Shown: positions 54,846 through 64,000 of the stretch, piece by piece
Layout of the letters: the number at the start of each line of letters is the position of its first letter
Numbering within the stretch: position 1 is the stretch's first letter
NCBI GenBank assembly: GCA_002811645.1
Contig: PDIP01000142.1
Location: 51,616 to 115,615, forward strand
DNA: 64,000 nucleotides
Reading direction: 5' to 3'
DNA from: Corallochytrium limacisporum Hawaii
Lineage: Eukaryota; Protista; Pluriformea
Made by a program: the position numbers and the translations under genes
The notes under the pieces: generated by a model
The model's input: the letters and a program-made list of their open reading frames with translations, nothing else
Told to the model about the DNA's origin: nothing
Database searches by the model: none

Positions 54846-57788
54846 ATGGCTTCACTTCTTAATTTGCTCGGTCTGCAGCGAGCCCGTCGTGTGATGGGGC
54901 TCGGATCTGAAGAAGATATTGAGAACATACAACAAGAAGACGCAAATGGTCACTCAGAGCGGAGCCCGCTGTTGGAAGTTGACGGAAATGTTGTGAACTA
55001 CAACAACGTGGCCGGTGGCACGTCTGGAGAGCCACCGGTTGTGAATCACTCAAGAACACGCGGAAGACGACGTGACTCCTTCTATCAGCGTGTTAGCATG
55101 TACTTGGAACATAAGCTCGGAAAGCAGGGTGATGGAAAGTTCCTCTTCAAGGGAAGGGTCGAAAAGGAACTGGTTGGTTCGCAAGCCCATGAATACGAAT
55201 CTCTGGATTATGATCGCGTTGAGAACACTTTGTATGTACGGGAGCGCACACGACTACCACTTTCTGTATACCGCAGCCGTGAGGTGATCAAGTGGGTAAT
55301 TACAATGTGCATCGGTGTCATCACGGGGTTCATCGCCTTTGGTGTGGACGTTTTCACTGAAGTTCTGATGTCCGGAAAACTTAGAACTGTGGACCAACTG
55401 ATCAACCAGTGTGCCGAAGGCAATATCTGTGGATCGACAGTGGTAACATCCTTACTGGTATTTATTGCATTCAACTGCGGATATGCAATCATTAGCAATA
55501 GCTTTGTGTTGTGGGAGCCCATGGCAGCGGGCAGTGGCATTCCTGAAGTGAAGAGCTATTTGAATGGCATCAAGATTCCTCGCGTTGTGCGAGTCAAGAC
55601 CCTCATCGCCAAGTGCGTTGGTGTTGTTTTCACCGTAGCAGGCGGCCTCATGGCTGGAAAGGAAGGACCGATGATTCACTCGGGTGCGATCGTGGCTGCT
55701 GGTGTGTCACAGGGTAAGAGCACGTCCTTCAAGGAATTCGAAACGAGCTTTGCCATGTTCCGAAATGATCGTGACAAACGTGATTTCGTTTCATCTGGCG
55801 CTGCCGCTGGTGTGGCCGCTGCATTCGGTGCACCTATCGGTGGTACTCTGTTTTCTCTGGAAGAGGGTTCCAGTTTCTGGAACCAAAGTCTGACTTGGCG
55901 TACACTGTTTTGCTGTCTTGTTACGAGCTTCACGACGTCATTCCTGTTATCGGGGTATCGTTTAAACTGCTGGGGACAGCTGGGCGTCCCAGGTCTTCTC
56001 AATTTTGGCTACTTCCCGAACAGTAATCCCGACGTACCCTTGTGGACCGCAGTCGATCTGCTTGTCTTCATCCTGATGTCAGCTGGCGGCGGTCTCCTCG
56101 GAGCCCTCTTTAATCACATCAACAAGCATCTGACTCTCCTTCGCATGAAGTACCGAAAGAAGTGGTACCATCGCATGGGTGAGGTATTCATCATCGGAGC
56201 TATGACTTCTATTACCTTGTTTGTGATCGGATTCTGGTTTGGTGTATGCTCGGACACTCCTTCCCGGACTGGCCAACCGTCCGTTGAAATCTATGGAACA
56301 CCTGCATACTTTGTAGAATCTATTTTGCCGATGGATGGTAAGGGTGGGCCTCATTGCATTAGCGGATCGCAGGATCCTCGAAATCACGAGCTGCGGACAT
56401 TCTTCTGCCCTCGTGGACAGTACAATGATCTTGCCACTCTTGCCCTGAACTCTCAGGAGACTGCTATTTGGCAGCTCTTCCACAATGGTGGTGAATTCTC
56501 TATACGCACCTTACTACTGTATATGATCAGTTGCTACTTCCTGGCCTGCTTGACTTACGGCATAGGTGTTCCATCGGGTCTCTTTGTACCCGCACTGACA
56601 ACAGGTGCCGCCTACGGTCGTCTCTGGGGCATTGGCGTCAAGTGGTTATTCCCCAGTACTTTCGCTCACTTGTACGAAGGCACTTTTGCCCTTATGGGTG
56701 CTGCATCATTCCTTGGCGGTGTTGTTCGCATGGTGATCAGTCTAACTGTAATTTTAATGGAAGCAACGGGAACTTTGAGCTATGGTCTTCCTCTTATGGT
56801 TGTTCTTATGGTGGCCAAGTGGGTGGGAGACTACTTCGGCCCTGGTATTTACGATCTTCATATTGAACTTCGCAAGATCCCGCTATTGGAGTGGGAGCCG
56901 GCTCCGGAGATGAAGAGCTTCTATGCTGCCCATGTGATGAGCCAGAATGTGGACTGCTTGCCCGAAATCGCAAATGTCAAAGACATTGTGGACTTGCTCC
57001 ATCAGAGCAAGCACAACTCTTTCGTCGTTGTGGAGACCAACTCTAGCAGGCCACTCATTGGACCTGGTCACCACAAGGGCAGATTCCTGGGTATGATTCT
57101 ACGTAGTCATTTGATCTCCCTTTTGGAAAACAAAGCATTCACAGATCAATTTGGCTACTGGCTCAGTGACAGCGACCTCAAATGGTCTGATTTCAACAAA
57201 AACTATCCACGTTATCCCGACATTGATGAAATTTACGTCGATCCAACTGACTACGACAAGTTTGTGGATCTGACGCCTTTCATGAATCCTTGCGCTTTCA
57301 CAGTGCAACAGATTGCACCGTTGACGCGCTGCTTCACTCTCTTCCGTACCATGGGCCTTCGTCACTTGCCCGTCGTTGATCGTGCGAATAATGTGGTCGG
57401 TATTATCACTAGGAAAGACCTCACACATTTGCACTACCGGCACGAAGGGCACGCGATGCACCATGGTACTGTGGGTGGCTTCAAGAGTGAATCATCAGAG
57501 GAGGATATCATCGACAGCGACGTTGAGGAGTACCTCAACGTTGAACGCTCACAGTACCTTGGGCTGAAACGTCCTGCAAATATTCCTGCCCTGCCGCCCA
57601 AGCGAAGCTCAGATCGGCGGACCAAGAGTGAGAATGGTGGTCTGGGCAGCCCCTTCCCAACAAGTGATTTGTCTCCTGTGGAGGAACGTGACTCCAGTGA
57701 GGACACTCCGGCCAGCGAGACAACACCTGACCTCCAAGATGACACTCGCATCACGATTGACTCTAAACAGAAAAAGAAGGCAAACTAG
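54846..57788 (+). CDS. Endolysosomal Cl-/H+ exchanger, CLC-6/7 class
   Basis: YESLDY, GSGIP, GKEGPMIH (gating Glu), LEEG (proton Glu), GLFVP, two CBS domains, FRTMGLRHL. Confidence 0.97.
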   Translation: MASLLNLLGLQRARRVMGLGSEEDIENIQQEDANGHSERSPLLEVDGNVVNYNNVAGGTSGEPPVVNHSRTRGRRRDSFYQRVSMYLEHKLGKQGDGKFLFKGRVEKELVGSQAHEYESLDYDRVENTLYVRERTRLPLSVYRSREVIKWVITMCIGVITGFIAFGVDVFTEVLMSGKLRTVDQLINQCAEGNICGSTVVTSLLVFIAFNCGYAIISNSFVLWEPMAAGSGIPEVKSYLNGIKIPRVVRVKTLIAKCVGVVFTVAGGLMAGKEGPMIHSGAIVAAGVSQGKSTSFKEFETSFAMFRNDRDKRDFVSSGAAAGVAAAFGAPIGGTLFSLEEGSSFWNQSLTWRTLFCCLVTSFTTSFLLSGYRLNCWGQLGVPGLLNFGYFPNSNPDVPLWTAVDLLVFILMSAGGGLLGALFNHINKHLTLLRMKYRKKWYHRMGEVFIIGAMTSITLFVIGFWFGVCSDTPSRTGQPSVEIYGTPAYFVESILPMDGKGGPHCISGSQDPRNHELRTFFCPRGQYNDLATLALNSQETAIWQLFHNGGEFSIRTLLLYMISCYFLACLTYGIGVPSGLFVPALTTGAAYGRLWGIGVKWLFPSTFAHLYEGTFALMGAASFLGGVVRMVISLTVILMEATGTLSYGLPLMVVLMVAKWVGDYFGPGIYDLHIELRKIPLLEWEPAPEMKSFYAAHVMSQNVDCLPEIANVKDIVDLLHQSKHNSFVVVETNSSRPLIGPGHHKGRFLGMILRSHLISLLENKAFTDQFGYWLSDSDLKWSDFNKNYPRYPDIDEIYVDPTDYDKFVDLTPFMNPCAFTVQQIAPLTRCFTLFRTMGLRHLPVVDRANNVVGIITRKDLTHLHYRHEGHAMHHGTVGGFKSESSEEDIIDSDVEEYLNVERSQYLGLKRPANIPALPPKRSSDRRTKSENGGLGSPFPTSDLSPVEERDSSEDTPASETTPDLQDDTRITIDSKQKKKAN

Positions 57789-57866
57789 AAGACGTGCCTT
57801 TAATCTTACATCATTTAACTAGTATAGAAGCATGCATTACATTCCTTATCTTTCTTGCAATATTGC

Positions 57867-58355
57867 CTACCACGTTCCGATCTCGCCCGCGTCGTACGAT
57901 ACCAAAACCCAGTTGGGCCATCTCAGGGGCGTGTATGTGCTTCGTAGCATCTCCTGTCGCACCAACATAGCATCTTCTATGTTGCACAATATTCGACCAT
58001 CACTAATCAGCACGCCCTTTCCTCCCAGAATAAGCCAACCTTTGAGATCGCTTGGGACATCCAATTTGTTACCAGGTGGACGCCAGTACCCAGATCCACT
58101 CTCCGCAGTTGCCGATGCAGAGGGAAACTTGTAATTCAGTTCCTCTTTCGGAAATTTCAACCACGTATACTTCCAGATATCCTTTTTGTCTCTCGGTTTG
58201 GCCGGATCGAGTTCTGGGGAAGAAATCCTGGAGAGTGGGGCAGCGACCGGTGTGGGCTCAAACGCGACGTCGCAACTGGTCGCGAGTTTCAATACCTGCC
58301 CTCCTCTGATACTTCCATGATCTTCGCCAACTGTTCCCAAACGCAGCCATTTCAT
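57867..58355 (-). CDS. Uncharacterised protein (162 aa)
   Basis: Trp-rich globular-looking ORF. Its stop lies 78 nt from the CLC stop, matching the convergent spacing seen elsewhere. Start uncertain. Confidence 0.5.
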   Translation of the reverse strand: MKWLRLGTVGEDHGSIRGGQVLKLATSCDVAFEPTPVAAPLSRISSPELDPAKPRDKKDIWKYTWLKFPKEELNYKFPSASATAESGSGYWRPPGNKLDVPSDLKGWLILGGKGVLISDGRILCNIEDAMLVRQEMLRSTYTPLRWPNWVLVSYDAGEIGTW

Positions 58356-58562
58356 TATGTCGGTCCAATAGGCAGGGAGGCGCTCGCCCAGGTACCTCCT
58401 TGCATGGCTCGATCATATATACCTGACACAGCCCCCCAAAACGATTTGATACCCGCTTGCACTGAGCTCATGCCTTGGAGACCCACCCAGTGCCAATTAC
58501 GAAAATTCAATCAATAACGACCAGAGATAGATCGAAATTCTATGCCGTTTCGGGTGAGCCAG

Positions 58563-58587
58563 TTTTCGGCGCGAAAAATTTTCCGCG
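58563..58587. promoter_or_regulatory. Near-palindromic E2F-type sites in a divergent promoter
   Basis: TTTTCGGCGCGAAAA followed by TTTTCCGCG. Confidence 0.5.
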
Positions 58588-58900
58588 AACCGAAACGAGA
58601 GGGAGAGAGGGAAAGGAAGGGGGAGTGATGAAGAACGGGTGCAACTTTCTGGGCAGCCCTTGTGATGGCGTTTTGCAATGATGGGACAAAAAAGACTTGC
58701 GGCAGGCGTGTGTGTGTGTGTAGCTGGATATGTGCACATTTGGGCCTTCGCAGCCGGAGGCGCGTGGCTACTAGAATGATCCCGATTCAAGAGCGAGCGT
58801 CTACTTAGAGACAAATACTTGTGCTGCACATTGAGATCAATGTAAAGGCGTTGTGGTCCCTTTGGTCTTCACGGGAAAGAGATTACTTCAATAATCAAGT

Positions 58901-60241
58901 ATGCCGAGCAGGCGCGCAGCAACGCCGCCTCCTGCGGAGGACGCACAAGGCGAAATTGCGGCAACAAGGAGGAGGAGTCCTCGCTCTGTCAACAAAGGCA
59001 AGGACAAGAAGCAGGCAAATCTCGATGGCCTCGTGAAGGAGAAGAAGTCTCGGAAGAGCTCTGGTAGTCCCAAGACTAAGAAGTCCACAGAGAGCATGGA
59101 CGTAGATGCCGCTGCCTCTTGCCTTGGCTTAACTTCTTCAGAGTATGAATTGATGGATGGCAGCCTTCGTGAGGTCCATAAGGACAAACCCCTTCTATTT
59201 GACCGGAAGCTGGATTACTATGGGGCAAACTATGACATGGATTTCTCGGCAGATGGAAGCATGATGCTGGTAACAAGTACCATGGGTGATATCCGAATCT
59301 ATGATACAGAACAGTGGGAGATTCTCACAACCTTGTTTGATGATGACGAGAAGGAAATCTATGACGTCTACACGGCAAGGTTCACCCCAGACGGCACAAA
59401 AGTTGTGTGTGGAGGAAAGCGCAAGAGCCGCGCTCGTTGGAGCGATGATGACGAAGACAATGCCATTCTCGAATGCCCGCTCAAAGTTTTTGACGTTGAG
59501 ACTGGCAAAGTGATTGATACGCTTGGGGGTCCAACAGAAGAAGTACTGTGTGTTCGTCTGATGAAACACGGAAAACAGAACATTGTTCTGTCTTGTGGTC
59601 AAGACGGCTACGTCCGCAAGTGGCCGATGAGCGCCCAGTGGGCGAAGAAGCAATCCGATGGAGAAAGGTTCAACGATGAGGCTAGCAGCATGGTCTTCCA
59701 TTTGGATCCCCTTCCTGATTGCCCAGAGGACTGCGTCATTGCCTGTAGTGACGACGGTTTGCAAGTTATGGATATTAATACTCGTGATGTTCTCGCAAAG
59801 TTCCCAGGACTCTACTCTTCCTACTGCGATCATGCAAAGGTGTTATTCAAGGCCGGAGACGAAGGCTGGCTGGTTGTGACCCGGGGGTGCGAAGTCCTGA
59901 ACGATCAGGAAACCGGTCCCACTCAACCAAACAAAGTGATTCTTCACTCTCTGAGCCGCACTGAAGATGGTAAATGGGAGCTCGCAGAGATCCACAAGTT
60001 TCAGCATGGTTCTTTTGACTCCAACTCTTGGTTGATGAAGTTGCGTGCCAACGGCAACTATCTTTTCGCACCGACGATGAATGGGCATGTATATGTTTTC
60101 AACATTCCGACCGCTGAGCTGGTTGGAGTATTGCGTGGTCACGAAGACCGTGAAGTACGCAATATCCTCCTTCATCCCACCAAACCGATCGTAGTCACAA
60201 GTGCCGACGACGGAAAAGTATGCGTGTACCGTCAGGACTGA
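58901..60241 (+). CDS. WD40-repeat protein with basic disordered N-terminus
   Basis: Repeats such as DIRIYD, LKVFD, GQDGYVRKW, LRGH...TSADDGKVCVY; S/T-P sites in the N-terminus. Confidence 0.9.
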   Translation: MPSRRAATPPPAEDAQGEIAATRRRSPRSVNKGKDKKQANLDGLVKEKKSRKSSGSPKTKKSTESMDVDAAASCLGLTSSEYELMDGSLREVHKDKPLLFDRKLDYYGANYDMDFSADGSMMLVTSTMGDIRIYDTEQWEILTTLFDDDEKEIYDVYTARFTPDGTKVVCGGKRKSRARWSDDDEDNAILECPLKVFDVETGKVIDTLGGPTEEVLCVRLMKHGKQNIVLSCGQDGYVRKWPMSAQWAKKQSDGERFNDEASSMVFHLDPLPDCPEDCVIACSDDGLQVMDINTRDVLAKFPGLYSSYCDHAKVLFKAGDEGWLVVTRGCEVLNDQETGPTQPNKVILHSLSRTEDGKWELAEIHKFQHGSFDSNSWLMKLRANGNYLFAPTMNGHVYVFNIPTAELVGVLRGHEDREVRNILLHPTKPIVVTSADDGKVCVYRQD

Positions 60242-60325
60242 TCAGAATCAATTACACCTAACATACAACAAAGTACCAGACTATCAAAACATTTACAGCA
60301 GTTTATCTTACAACTTGGAACAACT

Positions 60326-60853
60326 TCAATCTGCTTTCTCTCCTTTAGATCCACTCTCTACGTCCCCGTCCATCAGGTCTGCATCTCCAACAGGCGCAGG
60401 ATTACCTTCTGGCCAATCATCTCCATCTTCCCAATCATCCCAGCCATCTGTTGCTGCTTGCTGGGGCGTAGCATTGACCACAGACTCCGAGGCTGTCGCT
60501 TCGGGAATTGGATGCTTCGCGTACTCCTCTTCCTCTTCTTGGGCCACTTTCATCTCTTCCTCCCGCAGTTTCCGATCCAGCTCTTCGTCTCTCATCTTCT
60601 GCTCTTGCACAATTGCCTGCAATTTCTTTTGTGTTATTGCTTGGATTTCCTCTGCGTCTATAACTTTAGATTGAGGCACAAATGCGGACTGTTGAGGTTG
60701 TGCTGATTCAAGGTCGTCTTCTCGCGCTGCTTCCGCCAGGAGATTGTCAAACTCAACATCTTCAGCCTCTGCTCCATCTTCATATGCTGGATGAGGACGT
60801 TGCTCGAAAGGAGCGGTTGCTACTTGAAGGCACTCACCAATGCAATTTCCCAT
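60326..60853 (-). CDS. AP1AR: Gadkin / AP-1 complex-associated regulatory protein-like
   Basis: MGNC acylation motif, VEFDNLL (human IEFENLV), EEI, coiled coil ending EEEEEYA (human EEEALYA), acidic Trp motifs GWDDWED..DW. Confidence 0.75.
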   Translation of the reverse strand: MGNCIGECLQVATAPFEQRPHPAYEDGAEAEDVEFDNLLAEAAREDDLESAQPQQSAFVPQSKVIDAEEIQAITQKKLQAIVQEQKMRDEELDRKLREEEMKVAQEEEEEYAKHPIPEATASESVVNATPQQAATDGWDDWEDGDDWPEGNPAPVGDADLMDGDVESGSKGEKAD

Positions 60854-63800
60854 GGTATGTGGCTGCGCAGGCACTGACTAATCCATTGCTGTACACCAGG
60901 AAGATTCGTTTTACATGTTTACTACTGTCCAAGAATGTATCCTCTACTGACCCCTGTGAGCTCTGCATGCAGCACTGGAATTCACATTGGATTTCTACGT
61001 CACGTGGTCGGACGTAAATAGCTCTCACGTTTTCAAAATTGGAAAGATATGGAAAAGAACGACGTAAGCCATCACCATCGGCCAAGTTTTTTCTTTTCGG
61101 GAGCTGGAACGCTCCCGCCAACAGAGATGCAGTCTTCGTCATATCAACGCGAAACATTGGGACCACCATAGTTGCTGGCTTTTTCGTAGAGTTTCATGGA
61201 TTCTGTGATAGGTATATTAAATTGGTGAATTGGAGAAATACTGCTTGCATCTCTCGAAAAACACATAACTCGCCGTTGTTTGCTGCGAGATCCGTACTTG
61301 AAAGGTACACCGCATGAGTGTGCATGTTCTATATCAACCACGACTGCGGTCCTGCCCGGCATCAGCTTCTGGAGTGGCCTTGGCCCTTTAGCATGCCTCA
61401 ACATTAGCGAGCAATACAGCCCAAGCGAACAGTGAGTAGAAAAGTACGCCTTCAGGAAAAGGGCCAGTGTCCATCCCCCTGCCCCCTCTCTTTTTCGGTG
61501 CGTTGCGGCCAGCCCCTCGGGCGTATTCTTCCTTGGGAGGGGACGGGAAAAGAATAAAGGGAAGGGTGGGCCTGCCCCCCCCGCCAAGGTGAAAAGACGG
61601 GGTGCCCACGCAGCCTAGGCGAGTGGTTGTGAGGGGGCCTCCATTGTCAAGGAAATCCGCCACCAACTACAGCGGGGGCAGCAGACCCGCTTGTCCTCCC
61701 AATGTTTTGGGACGGGTGGAAGGCAAGACGAGAGGCTGCGACACTCCGCGCGTGAACGTCGTCTAATGCCCTCTTCCTGGTTAATGACAATGTTGTGATG
61801 GGTGTACTCTGGAGTCAGAGGACGTGCTCCGAGGAATTTGATGTACACATGGACAAAAGAAGACGAGTATTATTGCATGGACTACACAGCAAGCCCATCC
61901 ATTGGATCCCAGGTGGGCGGGAGCAGCGAGAGTCTCAGGACACACTGCAGGCCTTCTCTCTATCAGGGATTGTGTACATACGGAGCATCATAAATATTCT
62001 ACACAGCAGTAAAGAGAATACCCTTCCTGCTGGATGTAGAAGACCAACACGCTGACCCCCAGGAGCCCACTAAGCTTTAAGAAACCATAGAAGTCCTTAG
62101 TTCCTACGGCGATGTGATCATGCTTCAGATAGGACTAAAGAAGCGTATACTTTCCTGTTCGGGGACTCTGCCAACGATCCATAAAGACTGCAGGTCCAAT
62201 GACAACTGTAGGATTAGTTGCAGGGCCCATTCCTTAGATTAGTGTAGTTCTCTGCCACCCGCCAAAAGCGTGTGTGGGTAGTCCCGTGACAGCGAGGTTA
62301 GGCTCTTTGTGCTACGTGGGGAGACCACACAGAGCACAGTCCGCTCCGTTTACGCCACCTTACTTAAGCACTGGCTGGTCACTTTCATGCTACTTGATGT
62401 GTGCAGAACCTCTTCACCATACTAAAGGATGCAACATGTCTTGCTCCACAACCAATCCCTAAACACTTCAGAGGGCTTAGTAAGCTGTGGCACCAGGTAA
62501 GCTGTTTGCACACATGCTCCATTGCGATAGGCAGACTTGCCGATGTGCCATCCGCACGAGACGAACCGCTTTAACACAACGATGACGTTCAGAGATGAGT
62601 ACTTTTCCATTCTATGGCCTGTTGGCCCACGCAGCGACGAAACAACAGCAGCTAGTATCTACGCACTGGGTTGCAATACAATTCCGGAAGTACAAAGCCA
62701 TATACGACTGCGCCTGTTTTTTTTTTCTTTTTTGGGGGGCCCGCCGCTGTTCTCCTCTATCGTTTTGTCCATTTCCTTTCCTTTTTTTTTTCCCCCCTCT
62801 TCGGCTTCGGAACGGTTGGGATGGAATGGGGCGGGTAACCATACACACCGGTTCACTGACCCACCCCAGGAGCACTGCCAAAGGCTACCTACCCAGTAGC
62901 GACTTCCATATCCAGTGTGTTTCCCTCTCCCCCCCCCTTTTTTCCCAGAAGCAGCCGTAAGCAGTTGGAAATTCGATTATTGCCGGGGAGAAGGCATGAA
63001 AGTGTGTTAATCGAGCATGATGCATCAGACGAGTTCACAGAAATATTGACGTTCATGATGCCCACAGCTGTGACGCGTTGCGCACACCATCGTGTGGGCT
63101 CTCGTGTCTTATCAACCAGAGCCATTGCTCGAAACCTACACGCTTCCACGACCGCCCCCGTGTTTGACGGACTGTTAAGTACTCTGCACGTATCGTCCAA
63201 CTCCTGTGCAATCTCCTTTGCGGTTGTAATCGTCATAGGAAATTGACGACTTTGGCCTCCCATTTGCATTTGTTCTATTCCTTTTCTCAGAGTCCTCTAC
63301 CGTTTCAAACAGCATGCTCCTCTTACTATGCCCTGTGACATGGTGTGTCTCCGGGTGGTACACAGTCACGAAGCCTTGGTACCCGAAGCCTGAGAGGGAC
63401 AAGAGTGAGCACGGTCTTTTCTCGTTTGCGGAGAACCGATTTCTCTGCTTCCAAGTTTGCAATACCGAATGCACCGCCATCCGTTTCATTCCACCCGCTT
63501 TTACTTTCCGTAGAACCGGTCCCCCAGAATCTCCCACCGCAGTAGGAGCACAGATCTCGTATGGACTGGGAGGGTGGGTGCCACTTGCGGGGGAAGAGCA
63601 GTCAGTCTTGTCTTTCAGTGAGACGAGAAGCACACTTTTTTCCCCCCGTTGTCAACAGCACCCATCTGCAAAAATTGCTGGGGCTTTTGCCAGGGAGCCC
63701 GGCGGGGACAGGATAAAGTTGAGTTTTAAGGAGGGAACATGGAAAAAAGAAAAAAAAGGGAAACGAAACGGGTCTCCCGTGGCGCCTCAGAAACCGGAAA

Positions 63801-64000
63801 AGCAACAGCGAATAAGGGACATGAACCGACCGACAGGCGAACTGAAGGCGGATAGATTGCTAACATTATCAACAGCAAACATCAAAATTGTTCCGAAGGT
63901 GACGAAACGATGGCGGTTTACGCTCTTTGCGGCCGTCTGCTTGAAACTCTTCGATTGGACCAGACGAGCAAGGGGCCCCTTCCGGAGGGAAGAGGGGGGG

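Noticed and set aside
61100-64000. Short ORFs in the terminal 3 kb
   Set aside because: No coding bias or recognisable domains; G/C and A/T tracts suggest intergenic DNA.
1-64000. CRISPR arrays, prokaryotic operons or defence systems, transposases
   Set aside because: The sequence is eukaryotic with spliceosomal introns; I saw no regularly spaced repeats, terminal inverted repeats, LTRs, RT or transposase motifs.

Overview
Gene-dense, nearly intron-free eukaryotic genomic DNA. The gene set is animal-like (cyclin E-like, AF10, Gadkin/AP1AR, TMCO3, PSMG1, CPT1, HSD17B7, APH-1), consistent with an intron-poor unicellular holozoan such as Corallochytrium; this is an inference, not a database result. 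About 26 protein genes are supported. RPS29 and the spliced ARF6-like gene are missing or fragmented in the ORF track. There are four assembly gaps next to C-runs and a ~9 kb gene-free stretch (45.7-54.8 kb). I found no tRNA, rRNA, CRISPR array or recognisable transposon. Highlights: (1) an SCP2-like/FYVE-like/TM/ABC1-kinase/beta-lactamase fusion whose last 41 residues lie in another frame; (2) probable BCL7, AF10 OM-LZ and Gadkin homologues; (3) E2F and CDE-CHR-like motifs upstream of cell-cycle genes; (4) minimal or overlapping uORFs before several start codons; (5) a possible splice-controlled mitochondrial/peroxisomal switch in AMACR; (6) a recurrent C-run/CCGG/G-run intergenic element; (7) very uniform 70-84 nt gaps between convergent genes. 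I see no single unambiguous new multi-gene system. All family calls come from motif recognition by eye.
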